This document shows positions 45,159 through 54,489 of a stretch of 64,000 nt of DNA, in pieces. Made by a program: the position numbers and the translations under genes. Origin of the DNA: an uncultured Acidobacteriaceae bacterium (lineage in GTDB: Bacteria > Acidobacteriota > Terriglobia > Terriglobales > Acidobacteriaceae); assembly GCA_963802955.1 (NCBI GenBank), contig CAWDKT010000002.1, forward strand, positions 67,443-131,442. The letters run 5' to 3'. Each line of letters begins with the position of its first letter. Within the stretch, counting starts at the first letter, position 1. Below the pieces are notes generated by a model. That model searched no databases and was not told the DNA's origin. It was given only the letters and a program-made list of their open reading frames with translations.

Positions 45159-45860
45159 ATGCCGGAAGTTGTCGTAGCCAAGCCCCGCGAGGGCAAGTTC
45201 AACAAAAACGCAGCGCGTCGCGTACGCGTCGCAGGCAAGATTCCCGCCGTGCTTTATGGGCACGGTCATGACCCGGTCGCCGTCGAGGTGGATCCCAAGC
45301 AGATTTCGCGGATCCTGCACTCTGAAACGGGCCACAATACGATTTTCGATGTCGAGGTTGCCGGCCAGCCTGCCGCCAAGGCGATGATCGTTGACTACCA
45401 GCGCGAGCCGATCAAGGACAGCCTGATCCACATCGACCTCAAGCGCATCGCTCTCGATAAAGTTCTGCGGGTTCGCGTCCGCGTCAAGTTACTGGGCATT
45501 CCAATTGGAGTTAAGACGGAGGGCGGCATCCTGGACCAAGTGCTTCGGGAGGTGGAGATCGAATGCCTCCCCGCCGACATTCCCAACCATATCGATGTGG
45601 ATGTAAGCGAGCTGGGGATGCACGACGTGGTGCGCGTGAGCGGCCTTCCCCACTCTGACAAGGTGAAGTATCTGACCTCGGAAGATGCAACCGTGGCCCA
45701 CGTGGTGTCGATCCGCGAAGAAGTGGTTGTGGCGCCTGAGGGCGCCGAGGCGGCGGCAGTTCCAGGAACGGCAACTCCGGGTGAGGCTGGGGCCGCACCT
45801 GCGGAGCCGGAAGTCGCTAAGAAGGGCAAGGCCGAAGCTGAGGCGCCGGCGAAGAAGTAG
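45159..45860 (+). CDS. rplY: 50S ribosomal protein L25 / general stress protein Ctc
   Basis: REGKFNKNAARRVRVAGKIPAVLYGHG..DYQREPIKDSLIHIDLKRI.. plus an Ala/Glu/Pro-rich tail. Confidence 0.9.
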   Translation: MPEVVVAKPREGKFNKNAARRVRVAGKIPAVLYGHGHDPVAVEVDPKQISRILHSETGHNTIFDVEVAGQPAAKAMIVDYQREPIKDSLIHIDLKRIALDKVLRVRVRVKLLGIPIGVKTEGGILDQVLREVEIECLPADIPNHIDVDVSELGMHDVVRVSGLPHSDKVKYLTSEDATVAHVVSIREEVVVAPEGAEAAAVPGTATPGEAGAAPAEPEVAKKGKAEAEAPAKK

Positions 45861-45863
45861 CGA

Positions 45864-46571
45864 TTGACGGACGCAATCGAATTCGACCACCCCAGCGAAC
45901 AAAAAACGCTCGCCGGGGGCACCGGCCGGCCCAGCCCATTCCTGATTGTGGGGCTTGGCAATCCCGGCCTTGAGTTTCTGTGGACCCCGCACAACGCGGG
46001 ATTCATGGCCATCGACCGCATCGCCCAGCAGGAGGGCGTTGTGGTTCAGAACCGGCGATGCCGGGCCGCGACCGCAACCTGCCGTATTGCAGGGCGGCCC
46101 GTGGTTCTGGCCAAGCCGGAGACGTTTATGAACCTGAGCGGCTCGGCAGTTGCCGCCCTGGTTCGCGAGTTTGGGGCGGACCCGGCACAGGATCTTCTCG
46201 TGATTTACGACGAGCTCGATCTTGTGCTGGGGACCTTCAAGATCAGGGAGCGCGGTTCACCTGCCGGGCACAATGGAGCCCGCAGCGTGACCGGCGCCCT
46301 GGGTACGGAAGAGTGGTTGCGCTTGCGCATCGGGGTTGGCCCCGATCTGCCGCCGGAGGCGATTGCAGCCGGTGGCGGAAAACGGCCGGGCAGGGATTTC
46401 CTGCTCTCGCCCATGCGCAAGGCGGACCTGACGGTGCTCGATGAGGTGCTCGATCGGGTCGTGACAGCAGTCCGGCGCATCCTTTCGGATGGTCCGGCTG
46501 CGGCAATGAATGAGTTCAACCGGAAAGAGGATAGAGATCAGAGATCGGAAACCAGAGATCAGGGAAAATAG
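45864..46571 (+). CDS. pth: peptidyl-tRNA hydrolase (start codon uncertain; GA-repeat-encoded tail)
   Basis: FLIVGLGNPGLEFLWTPHNAGFMAID..ETFMNLSG..YDELDL..GHNGARS. The listed start is TTG at 45864. Confidence 0.88.
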   Translation: MTDAIEFDHPSEQKTLAGGTGRPSPFLIVGLGNPGLEFLWTPHNAGFMAIDRIAQQEGVVVQNRRCRAATATCRIAGRPVVLAKPETFMNLSGSAVAALVREFGADPAQDLLVIYDELDLVLGTFKIRERGSPAGHNGARSVTGALGTEEWLRLRIGVGPDLPPEAIAAGGGKRPGRDFLLSPMRKADLTVLDEVLDRVVTAVRRILSDGPAAAMNEFNRKEDRDQRSETRDQGK

Positions 46572-46645
46572 CTGCCGCCAAGAACTCGACGGCCGCTCTT
46601 CGTTGATCGCTGACCACTGTTCACTGACGACTGTGAGGAATACTG

Positions 46646-47065
46646 ATGTCCCGTTTGTATGAAGTGATGTTCATCGTTCGTCCCGATATGGAGGACGAGG
46701 AAGTTGATAAGCTGATCGCCAACTTTAGCGCCACGGTTACCGGCGGGGCCGGCGTGGTCAAGACGGTGGAAAAGATGGGCCGCCGCCGGCTGGCTTACCA
46801 GGTGCGGAGATTCGCTGACGGCAACTACATTCTGCTGACTATAGAGGCCAACGGAGCTGTGGTTCTGGAACTGGAGCGCCGTCTGCGTGTCACTGAGCCG
46901 GTGATTAAATTCATTACTGTGCGCATTGACGAAGAGGAGAAGCGTCTGGCTAAAGTCAAGGCGGCACGCGGTACACGCCGCAAAGTGACCAGCGAGCCTG
47001 CTGCCGCACCGGCCGAGGCCAAAGCCGCTGCTGAAGCGGCCGAGCCCGTTCAGGCGAATGCGTAA
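46646..47065 (+). CDS. rpsF: 30S ribosomal protein S6
   Basis: MSRLYEVMFIVRPDMEDEEV..KMGRRRLAYQV..GNYILL. GAGGA SD. Confidence 0.93.
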   Translation: MSRLYEVMFIVRPDMEDEEVDKLIANFSATVTGGAGVVKTVEKMGRRRLAYQVRRFADGNYILLTIEANGAVVLELERRLRVTEPVIKFITVRIDEEEKRLAKVKAARGTRRKVTSEPAAAPAEAKAAAEAAEPVQANA

Positions 47066-47069
47066 AAAA

Positions 47070-47085
47070 CAGGGAACAAGGGACT
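47070..47085 (+). repeat. stop-proximal GA-rich 16-mer, copy c (CAGGGAACAAGGGACT)
   Basis: Begins 4 nt after the rpsF TAA (47063-47065) and is followed by GAGGGAGCAAGGGAATGAGC. Confidence 0.85.
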
Positions 47086-47204
47086 GAGGGAGCAAGGGAA
47101 TGAGCTTGGAAGTGTCACGGCGTCATTTCTCCAGTCCCTAATCCCGAGCGCCGTTAGAAATCCTCCGGCTACCCCGGAATTAACCGATGAAGTGAGGAAA
47201 CAAG

Positions 47205-47549
47205 ATGTCTGAAGAAACCCAAGCAAGAGCGTCCGGCGCGTCGGACGCAGCCCCAACTCCGCAAGCCCCGTCCGGACCAGGATCAGGGCCGCGCGGACCG
47301 CGTGGCCCTGGCGGAGCCGGCGGCCGCGGCAAGTTCTTTCGCCGCAAGAAGGTGTGCAAGTTCTGCACCGAAAAGATCGACGCGATTCCTTACCGCGATG
47401 TCAGACTGCTACAGCAGTTTGTGGCCGAGCGCGGCAAGATTGTTCCGCGGCGGCTCACCGGCGTCTGCACCACGCATCAGCGCCGTTTAACCCGTGCCAT
47501 CAAGCAAGCCCGGAACATCGCGCTGCTGCCATTTGCCACGCAGCACTAA
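47205..47549 (+). CDS. rpsR: 30S ribosomal protein S18 with a Gly/Pro-rich N-terminal extension
   Basis: [67 protein letters not shown]. Confidence 0.93.
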   Translation: MSEETQARASGASDAAPTPQAPSGPGSGPRGPRGPGGAGGRGKFFRRKKVCKFCTEKIDAIPYRDVRLLQQFVAERGKIVPRRLTGVCTTHQRRLTRAIKQARNIALLPFATQH

Positions 47550-47799
47550 ACGCAGATCGATCGCGATGTTTTCGCTCGAGTTCTTGTGGGCTTTTGGGTC
47601 CCCGAGACGAAATGAAAACCGGCTCGCGCTGCCGCCAAATCGCTCCCGCAGGGAGCGCAGAGGTTAGCCCAGGATGCAGTCCGCGCGAGCGGACGGAATC
47701 CTGGGAACGAGTCAAATCGGGTGCTCCAGCCCCGTAGGGGCGGTAGAACCTCGTAGCCTCGAAATGGGCCGCGCAACTGGAGACACTGGAGAGAATCTT

Positions 47800-48324
47800 A
47801 TGGAAGTCATTTTGAAAGAAGATGTAGCCGACCTGGGATTTCGCGGTGAAGTCGTGAAAGTCGCCGACGGCTACGCACGCAACTTTCTGTTGCCGCGCAA
47901 GCTGGCCATGCAGGCCACCGCGGCCAACAAGGCCGTAATTACCCAGATGAAAGCCGCCGCTGCGCGCCGCTCCGCCTCAGAGAAAGCGCAGGCCGAAGAT
48001 CTGGTTGCCAAGATCGAGCCGCTCGTGCTGAGCTTTACCCGTAAGGCGGGCGAAGCAGGCCACCTCTTCGGTTCAGTTACCTCGGCTGACATCGCCGCCG
48101 AGCTTGCCTCGCAGGGCCACGAGATCGATCGCCGCAAGATCCAGTTGGGCGACCCGATCAAAAGCCTCGGCGATTTCAAGGTACCTATCCGGCTGCGCCG
48201 TGAAGTCACCGCACGCGTCAATGTGAAGGTCCAGGCTGAAGAAACTGGGGAAGAGAAGAATGTTCCTGCCGAAGAGCCGGCCGCCGCTGAAACCGTCGCG
48301 GAAGAAACTGCGGCTGCGGAGTAG
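47800..48324 (+). CDS. rplI: 50S ribosomal protein L9
   Basis: ATG at 47800 (GGAGAG upstream). MEVILKEDVADLGFRGEVVKVADGYARNFLLPRKLA. Confidence 0.93.
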   Translation: MEVILKEDVADLGFRGEVVKVADGYARNFLLPRKLAMQATAANKAVITQMKAAAARRSASEKAQAEDLVAKIEPLVLSFTRKAGEAGHLFGSVTSADIAAELASQGHEIDRRKIQLGDPIKSLGDFKVPIRLRREVTARVNVKVQAEETGEEKNVPAEEPAAAETVAEETAAAE

Positions 48325-48404
48325 TCGGCGTTTATTGCCGCGCAAATGCACGCTGGCCGCGCCCATCGGACGCGGCCAGCAGTCCTTCCTCATTCCGCCC
48401 AATC

Positions 48405-48899
48405 CTACGACGGAAACAGCGAGCCTGAAGCTGCTCGAATGGGAGCCAGCCGGCTGCGGCGTCGTGCCGGCTGGGCTGCGGGAGATCCGAGCAGATTTGC
48501 AATCTCGCGCAACTCCGCCCGCGCATGGCCGATGGCCGCGCCAATCGTGTCCATTCGCCGCGTCTGATCGGCGGCAATGGGCAAGCTACCCTGCGAATCG
48601 TCGCGCTTCGTAGTTCGGCGCTGCCCTTGCTCAAGAACCGTGCGGGCGCCCGACAGCGTATATCCCTGGGCGTGAACCAGACGTTTGATCTCGAGCGCCA
48701 GCTCCACGTCGCGCCTGCGATAAAGCCGTTGCCCGGTCCCGCTCTTGTTGGGTTTCAGTTGTGGAAACTGCGATTCCCAAAAGCGCAGAACGTAGGTCTC
48801 CACGCCGCATAGGTGTGCCACATCCCCGATCTTGAAGTAAAGGCGATCTGGAATCTGCGGTGGCTCGAAGGCGCGCTTGCGATTGGCTTGCGTTGCCAT
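48405..48899 (-). CDS. MerR family transcriptional regulator
   Basis: YFKIGDVAHLCGVETYVLRFWESQFPQLKPNKSGTGQRLYRRRDVELALEIKRL, a MerR-type wHTH. Confidence 0.85.
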   Translation of the reverse strand: MATQANRKRAFEPPQIPDRLYFKIGDVAHLCGVETYVLRFWESQFPQLKPNKSGTGQRLYRRRDVELALEIKRLVHAQGYTLSGARTVLEQGQRRTTKRDDSQGSLPIAADQTRRMDTIGAAIGHARAELREIANLLGSPAAQPARRRSRLAPIRAASGSLFPS

Positions 48900-49066
48900 A
48901 AATTAGGCGAGAAGGCTGCAACCATCGGGAAGAAAGCCTCGCTCTAGTGGCAGTATAGGGCAGGTCTTTCTTCCTTTGCGGAACAAATCGCCGGGGGGAA
49001 CTCACTTTGCAGAGGAAAAACGAGGCGATTTACCCGCTGGCCTCGCCCCTCCGGGCGATCGTGAAT

Positions 49067-50170
49067 TCATTGTGCGGCCGTCATTTTTCGCGCCGGTGAC
49101 CCCGCCGGAGCGGCGCGCAGATACTGCTTCGGCCAGCTTGCGGGCTCTCCAAGAGCCGCCGCGGCATGAACCGGCCAGTAGGGATCGCGTAACATGGCGC
49201 GAGCCAGAAACACAAGGTCGGCCTCGCCGTTTCGGATGATCTGGTTGGCCTGCTCCGGCTCGGTAATCAGTCCCACCGCAGTCGTCGAAATGCCCGCCTC
49301 GCGCCTGATGCGGGCAGCAAACCCAACCTGGTACCCCGGTGCTACGGGGACCTTCGCATCCGGAACCAGTCCGCCGGAAGAGCAATCCACCAGGTCGACA
49401 CCGTGTTCGCGAAGGAGCTTGGCAAGTTCGACGGATTCGTCGATGTCCCAGCCTCCTTCAGCCCAGTCTGTGGCCGAGATCCTCACAAACAGCGGCAGGC
49501 GGTCCGGCCATTCGGCGCGCACCGCATCCACTACCTCGACTGGAAGCCGTGAACGGTTCGCGAAGCTTCCGCCGTAGCCATCCGTCCGATGGTTTGAAAG
49601 CGGCGAAAGAAATTCGTGCAGCAGGTAGCCGTGGGCCGCATGAATCTCAACAAAATCGAATCCGGCCGCCAGCACGCGCTTCGCCGCCTTGCGAAATCCC
49701 TCGACCACCGCGTCAATTCCCGCCTGATCGAGGGCGGCTGGCATCGGGTAGTGTTCATTGAAGGCAATTGCACTTGGAGCCACAGGCGTCCAGCCGCCTT
49801 CGCTGGCCGGAACTGCACCGTCGCCTTTAAAGGGGCTCTTCGTGCTTCCCTTGCGCCCGGCGTGGGCCAGTTGCATCCCGGCGCGCGAACCCTGCTGGTG
49901 CAGGAAGTCCGCGATTCGTTGCAGCGTCGGAATGTGCTCGTCCTTCCAGATCCCAAGGTCGTCCGGCGAGATGCGGCCTTCCGGCAGAACGGCTGCTGCC
50001 TCCATTTCCACAAGCCCAGCACCGCCCTGCGCCCGGCTGCCTAGGTGCACGAGGTGCCAGTCGTTGGCAAATCCGTCCTGAGACGAGTACTGGCACATAG
50101 GTGAGACGCCGATGCGATTGGCAAACTCGACCGAACGAAGCTTGAAGGAAGAAAACAAAGGGGCTGTCAC
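49067..50170 (-). CDS. NADH:flavin oxidoreductase (Old Yellow Enzyme family, YqjM/NamA-like)
   Basis: FKLRSVEFANRIGVSPMCQYS..WHLVHLGSRA..AGFDFVEIHAAHGYLLHEFLSPLSNHRTDGYGGS. Confidence 0.9.
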   Translation of the reverse strand: MTAPLFSSFKLRSVEFANRIGVSPMCQYSSQDGFANDWHLVHLGSRAQGGAGLVEMEAAAVLPEGRISPDDLGIWKDEHIPTLQRIADFLHQQGSRAGMQLAHAGRKGSTKSPFKGDGAVPASEGGWTPVAPSAIAFNEHYPMPAALDQAGIDAVVEGFRKAAKRVLAAGFDFVEIHAAHGYLLHEFLSPLSNHRTDGYGGSFANRSRLPVEVVDAVRAEWPDRLPLFVRISATDWAEGGWDIDESVELAKLLREHGVDLVDCSSGGLVPDAKVPVAPGYQVGFAARIRREAGISTTAVGLITEPEQANQIIRNGEADLVFLARAMLRDPYWPVHAAAALGEPASWPKQYLRAAPAGSPARKMTAAQ

Positions 50171-50279
50171 ATCCGGTTAGATGATTGTCTCCCTTCTGCG
50201 ATTCAGCGGATCATTCCCCACCACAGGACAACCGATTGATTGCCGAGCCCCTGAATAACCGCGCAATTGCCGGAATGGT

Positions 50280-50882
50280 CTATTTGAAAATTCTGCAAGA
50301 CTCCAGCATCGAGCAGACCAGCGCCAGCGGCAAACCCATCACGTTGAAGTAGCAGCCCTCGATGCGCGGAATCCAGCGAGCCGCGCGGCCTTGGATGCCG
50401 TAAGCGCCGGCTTTGTCCATGGGTTCGCCGGTCGCAACGTACGCCTCAATCTCTTGGTCGGAGAGACTGAGAAAACGCACCCCAGTTACTTCTGCAGCCA
50501 GCTCAACGCCCTTCGCGGTCACCACAGCCACTCCCGTGATTACGCGATGCGTTTGGCCCGACAACAGGCGCAGAATGCGCGCGGCGTCGGCTGCGTCCTC
50601 CGGTTTGCCCAGAATGGTGGTGTCGAGCGTGACAGTCGTGTCGGCCCCCAGCACGACAAGCGACTGGCCGCTCGCGTTTCTCATTTCAAATCCGTTGTCC
50701 GCTGCCGTCAGCTCTCGAAAGACGCTCTCGGCCTTTTCGCGCGCCAGCCGAGTGACATAAACAATGGGATCCTCGCCCGGCAGTGGATCTTCGGGGATGT
50801 GCGCCGGACGAACCTCGAACTTGTATCCCACCTGCGCGAGCAGTTCACGGCGGCGCGGCGAGGCGGAGGCTAGAACCAACAT
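50280..50882 (-). CDS. maf: Maf family nucleoside triphosphate pyrophosphatase
   Basis: MLVLASASPRRRELLAQVGY..GADTTV..KAGAYGIQG. Confidence 0.9.
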   Translation of the reverse strand: MLVLASASPRRRELLAQVGYKFEVRPAHIPEDPLPGEDPIVYVTRLAREKAESVFRELTAADNGFEMRNASGQSLVVLGADTTVTLDTTILGKPEDAADAARILRLLSGQTHRVITGVAVVTAKGVELAAEVTGVRFLSLSDQEIEAYVATGEPMDKAGAYGIQGRAARWIPRIEGCYFNVMGLPLALVCSMLESCRIFK

Positions 50883-50947
50883 GTTCGAATTATGGCAGGA
50901 GCCGGTCCATCGCCGTCGCGCCGGTTAGACTGAGATGAGTCCGGTGT

Positions 50948-51805
50948 GTGCGAACGATGCCCCGGGGCAAGGCGCCAATGCACTTTCATTTCGATTTCTC
51001 AGCCAACCAGGTTCTCTGGACCCTTACTTTTGCAGGGCTCCTCGTTTTGCTGGTTGTCTTGCTCGGCCGCGACAGGGTGCGGCGATTTCCGTGGTTCACG
51101 GCCGCCATGGTCATGATGGCTCTGCGCATGGTGGCAAGCCGTCTGCTCTTTGGCCGGCTATCCCCCATCGTTTCCAGCGAAGTCTTCCTGGTCATGTCCG
51201 ATATCGCATCGATCATCGCGCTCTTGGTCGTGGTCGAAATGGCACGGCGATCCTTCGCCGGTGCGCGGCGCCGAACCTGGGTGATCGCAACGCTGATCGT
51301 TCTGGCCGTCGGAGTCGCAATCGTGGCGGAGTGGGGACCGTGGCCCTCTGCAAAGACGTTGTTGGCCGCTTCCACACTCGCCTTCCTGCGCATGATGCAG
51401 CTCTTCGCACAGAAGGCCGACCTTCTCTCCGATCTGCTTACCGTGCAGCTCGGATTGCTCGTTTTGCTTTTTGGCAGCCGCTTTAAAGCCGGTTGGCGCA
51501 GCCATCCGCAGCAAATCGTAATCGGTCTCTCAACGGCCTCAATCTCGCAGTTGGCGGTGCGCGTCATCTGGCAGCAGATCGCGCTACACAGCACCATCCA
51601 TAGCCAGGCCGAGTATCAAAGGGTCATGGCGCTGCAGGACAAGATTTATCACGCCAACAGCGTGGTGTATCTGGCTGTTCTTGTGTGGTGGATCGTCTGG
51701 CTATGGTTCGATGAGCCCGGCGCAAAAACATCGGAGGAGAACGAAGACCGCGCAGCGGTTGCCGGCGAATCGGCCGCCGCCGCAAACCTTAGCGCGGGTA
51801 ATTGA
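50948..51805 (+). CDS. hypothetical polytopic membrane protein (start uncertain)
   Basis: About 7 hydrophobic segments. No family recognised. Alternative start MHFHFDF at 50978. Confidence 0.5.
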   Translation: MRTMPRGKAPMHFHFDFSANQVLWTLTFAGLLVLLVVLLGRDRVRRFPWFTAAMVMMALRMVASRLLFGRLSPIVSSEVFLVMSDIASIIALLVVVEMARRSFAGARRRTWVIATLIVLAVGVAIVAEWGPWPSAKTLLAASTLAFLRMMQLFAQKADLLSDLLTVQLGLLVLLFGSRFKAGWRSHPQQIVIGLSTASISQLAVRVIWQQIALHSTIHSQAEYQRVMALQDKIYHANSVVYLAVLVWWIVWLWFDEPGAKTSEENEDRAAVAGESAAAANLSAGN

Positions 51806-51852
51806 TTCCTGCCCCCCGGTCACTTGATCCCTCGATCCCCAGGTCCCTGTCT

Positions 51853-52332
51853 TTAGATATGGCAGCTCGCGAGCCCGCGCTTTTCAAGATAGCGCTGGTG
51901 ATAATCCTCGGCTGGCCAGAAGGTCTGCGCCGATTCCACCTTCGTGACGATCCGCCTGGGCTTGAACCTGCCTTCGGCAGTGAGTTCCTCGATCTTCGCG
52001 CGCGCCTGCGCCTCCTGCTCCGGTGAATGAAAGAAAATCGCCGACCGGTACTGCGTGCCCCAGTCCGGCCCCTGCCGATTCAACGTGGTCGGATCGTGCA
52101 GCTCAAAAAATGCGTCGAGCAATTCCTCGTAGTTCACTTTTTCCGGGTCGAACTCGATCTCCACAACCTCCGCGTGCCCGGTCTTGTCGGTGCACACGTC
52201 CTTATACGTGGGCCGGTCCAGCGTTCCACCCTCATAGCCCACCGCCGTTGCCGTCACCCCCGGAATGGCCGCAAACGCGGCTTCCACACCCCAAAAACAT
52301 CCCGCCCCGAATGTCGCTTTTTCTGTGCTCAT
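51853..52332 (-). CDS. msrA: peptide-methionine (S)-S-oxide reductase
   Basis: ATFGAGCFWGVEAAF..GHAEVVEIEFDP..DPTTLNRQGPDWGTQYRS. Confidence 0.95.
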   Translation of the reverse strand: MSTEKATFGAGCFWGVEAAFAAIPGVTATAVGYEGGTLDRPTYKDVCTDKTGHAEVVEIEFDPEKVNYEELLDAFFELHDPTTLNRQGPDWGTQYRSAIFFHSPEQEAQARAKIEELTAEGRFKPRRIVTKVESAQTFWPAEDYHQRYLEKRGLASCHI

Positions 52333-52471
52333 AGGATGTTGGATGCACGAGTAGCCTTCAGCGTCCAGGCTTGAATGGCCGCCTCAACTGGGCCGAAGGT
52401 GGGCTTCGCTGTGCCACAAAAGTCGTAGGCACCTTCAGCGCGTCCCGGCGCCCGCACTCACCAGCGCTCCC

Positions 52472-53098
52472 TCATCCTAGCGGCGCCAGATGTTTGGTGT
52501 TCTGGTAGGTGTACACAATGCGATGGATCACGGTAATCGTCGAAAGAACGGCGAGCAGCCACAGCACCGGAGCCATCACATCCCAGTGATTGAACAGGGC
52601 ACCCAGAAGAATGAGCACAACGCGTTCGGGCCGCTCCATGAAGCCCACTTTGCACTGGCCAATCAGGGCCTCGGCGCGGGCTCGCGTATAGCTCACCATC
52701 AGCGAAGTGATCATGACGAACGCAACCAATACCACGTAACGAAACCGGTTGATGCGTCCGTAATAAACCAGCAGGCCAAAGAACAGCACCACGTCAGAAT
52801 AGCGGTCAATCACGGAATCGAAGAACGATCCAAAAACTGTCACTTTGTTGATGCGCCGCGCCACACGGCCGTCGACCATATCGAAGATGCCTGCGCCGAA
52901 AATCACCAGGCCCGCGAAGAAAAACATGCGGTCGCAGTTGGCTGCGTTGGCGTGGCCAAACAGGAACGCTGCAGCAATGTTGATGACCAAGCCGAGAAAG
53001 GTGAGCACGTTCGGAGAAATGCGGGTGAGCGCCAATCCATGAACGATGCGGTCAAGAAGCCATCCGCAGGCACGGCCAAAAGCGCTTGTCCAAGTCAT
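52472..53098 (-). CDS. CDP-alcohol phosphatidyltransferase family protein (PgsA-like)
   Basis: DGRVARRINKVTVFGSFFDSVIDRYSD, which fits the D-x2-DG-x2-AR-x8-G-x3-D-x3-D motif. Multi-TM. Confidence 0.85.
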   Translation of the reverse strand: MTWTSAFGRACGWLLDRIVHGLALTRISPNVLTFLGLVINIAAAFLFGHANAANCDRMFFFAGLVIFGAGIFDMVDGRVARRINKVTVFGSFFDSVIDRYSDVVLFFGLLVYYGRINRFRYVVLVAFVMITSLMVSYTRARAEALIGQCKVGFMERPERVVLILLGALFNHWDVMAPVLWLLAVLSTITVIHRIVYTYQNTKHLAPLG

Positions 53099-53116
53099 TC
53101 CCGATCTTCCTTGCTT

Positions 53117-53665
53117 TTAAACTGCGCTGGCCGCGGTGTCACCGCTGCCTTCGTCGGCTTCATCGTGAATCGTGCTCAATTTCAGAATCTCCAGCTCGCG
53201 CTTTCCGTTGGGCGTTACGATGGTCGCCACATCGCCCACTTTCTTGCCCACAATTCCGCGCCCGATCGGCGACGTGGTCGAAATCAACCCCTTGGCCACG
53301 TCGGCTTCCTCGCTCGTCACCAGATGGTATTCAATCTGTTCGTCTTTGGTCGAGTCGTAAACCACCACCGTCGATCCAAATCCTGCTTTATCCCTGGGAA
53401 TGTTGGAAAGATTGACGAGCGAAAGCTCGCCCATGCGCTTCTTGAGCTGGCCCAGCCGGGCATTCACAAACTCCTGCCGTTGCTTCGCCATGTGGTATTC
53501 GGCGTTCTCCGACAGATCCCCCAGGGCCCGCGCCTTCTTGATCTCGGCGGGCAACTCCTGGGTGAGCTCATACTCGAGATGCTTGATCTCCTCGAGAAGC
53601 TGTTTCTTGATGTGTTCGGGCATCCAACGGTCCGGCAGCTCGAAGCGGGGCTGCTCCTGCCGCAT
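53117..53665 (-). CDS. greA: transcription elongation factor GreA (start may be the internal Met at 53623)
   Basis: ARALGDLSENAEYHMAKQRQEFVNARLGQL coiled-coil tip, plus a C-terminal FKBP-like domain ..TTSPIGRGIVGKKVGDV. Confidence 0.9.
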   Translation of the reverse strand: MRQEQPRFELPDRWMPEHIKKQLLEEIKHLEYELTQELPAEIKKARALGDLSENAEYHMAKQRQEFVNARLGQLKKRMGELSLVNLSNIPRDKAGFGSTVVVYDSTKDEQIEYHLVTSEEADVAKGLISTTSPIGRGIVGKKVGDVATIVTPNGKRELEILKLSTIHDEADEGSGDTAASAV

Positions 53666-53763
53666 GAAATGGTCGTTCCTGACTCTTCATTATAAGGCAG
53701 GGATCGAGCATCGGAGATTTGCTCTACCTTAATCCCTGCTCCTTGTTCTATCGTCGAAGGCAT

Positions 53764-54489
53764 ATGGTCAACTCGGAGAATCAAGTTCCCCATCCGACAC
53801 CCGAAGCTGAAGAGATCTATCGCCGCTGGATTCGTTTTCTCGACGAAGAGTTCCTGCGTCATTGCTCTTTTGAACGGCGCAGCGAGATTGTGCGCGACCA
53901 GCTCTACCAGCTCTATATGGGTCGTCCTCACGGGGGCAAGCTCAACCTCACGCTTACTTCCGAACTCCCGGCCAATGTAATCAGTCTCTCGCTCGACCCG
54001 CAGAACGTGACCATGGAAGCCGAGCATTTTGCCGAGGTCGATCGTGAGCGCTTTGCCCGGCGCAAACCGTTGCTCTGGTTCTGGCAGATGTTCGATCGCT
54101 CGCCCCTGGGATTGAACCACTGGCTCGGCTTGCGTTTCCGCTGCATGTTGGGGCGGCACATCTTTGAGCACATGGGCACGGGCGTCAAGATCTATCACGG
54201 CGTCGACTTGACCTATGGTTACAACCTCTCCATCGGCGACGGAGTCGTTATTCGTCAGCGTGCTCTGCTCAACGATCGCGGCGGCATTACGATTGGCGAC
54301 CGTGCCGTCATCGGCTCCTTCGCTCGCATTTTTTCCCAATCCCACGATGTCGCGGACTACGAGAAGATTCGGCTTACACCCACAGTCATCGGCGCGGGAG
54401 CGCATATTGCCAGTCACGCCATTGTGCTCGCGGGTCAACACGTCGCGCCGGGTCAAGTGGTCGGCGCTTTCCCCGACGACCGCGTATGA
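53764..54489 (+). CDS. left-handed beta-helix (hexapeptide-repeat) acyltransferase with a ~120-aa N-terminal domain
   Basis: Hexapeptide repeats in GVKIYHGVDLTYGYNLSIGDGVVIRQRALLNDRGGITIGDRAVIGSFARIFS..VIGAGAHIASHAIVLAGQHV. Confidence 0.78.
   Translation: MVNSENQVPHPTPEAEEIYRRWIRFLDEEFLRHCSFERRSEIVRDQLYQLYMGRPHGGKLNLTLTSELPANVISLSLDPQNVTMEAEHFAEVDRERFARRKPLLWFWQMFDRSPLGLNHWLGLRFRCMLGRHIFEHMGTGVKIYHGVDLTYGYNLSIGDGVVIRQRALLNDRGGITIGDRAVIGSFARIFSQSHDVADYEKIRLTPTVIGAGAHIASHAIVLAGQHVAPGQVVGAFPDDRV

Noticed and set aside
52490-53695. A 401-aa plus-strand ORF, and the 330-aa minus-strand ORF at 53464-54456.
   Set aside because: Both are antisense to well-supported genes (the pgsA-like gene and greA, and the hexapeptide acyltransferase). 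Their translations are Arg/His/Gly/Ala-rich with no motifs. They are typical shadow ORFs of GC-rich DNA.
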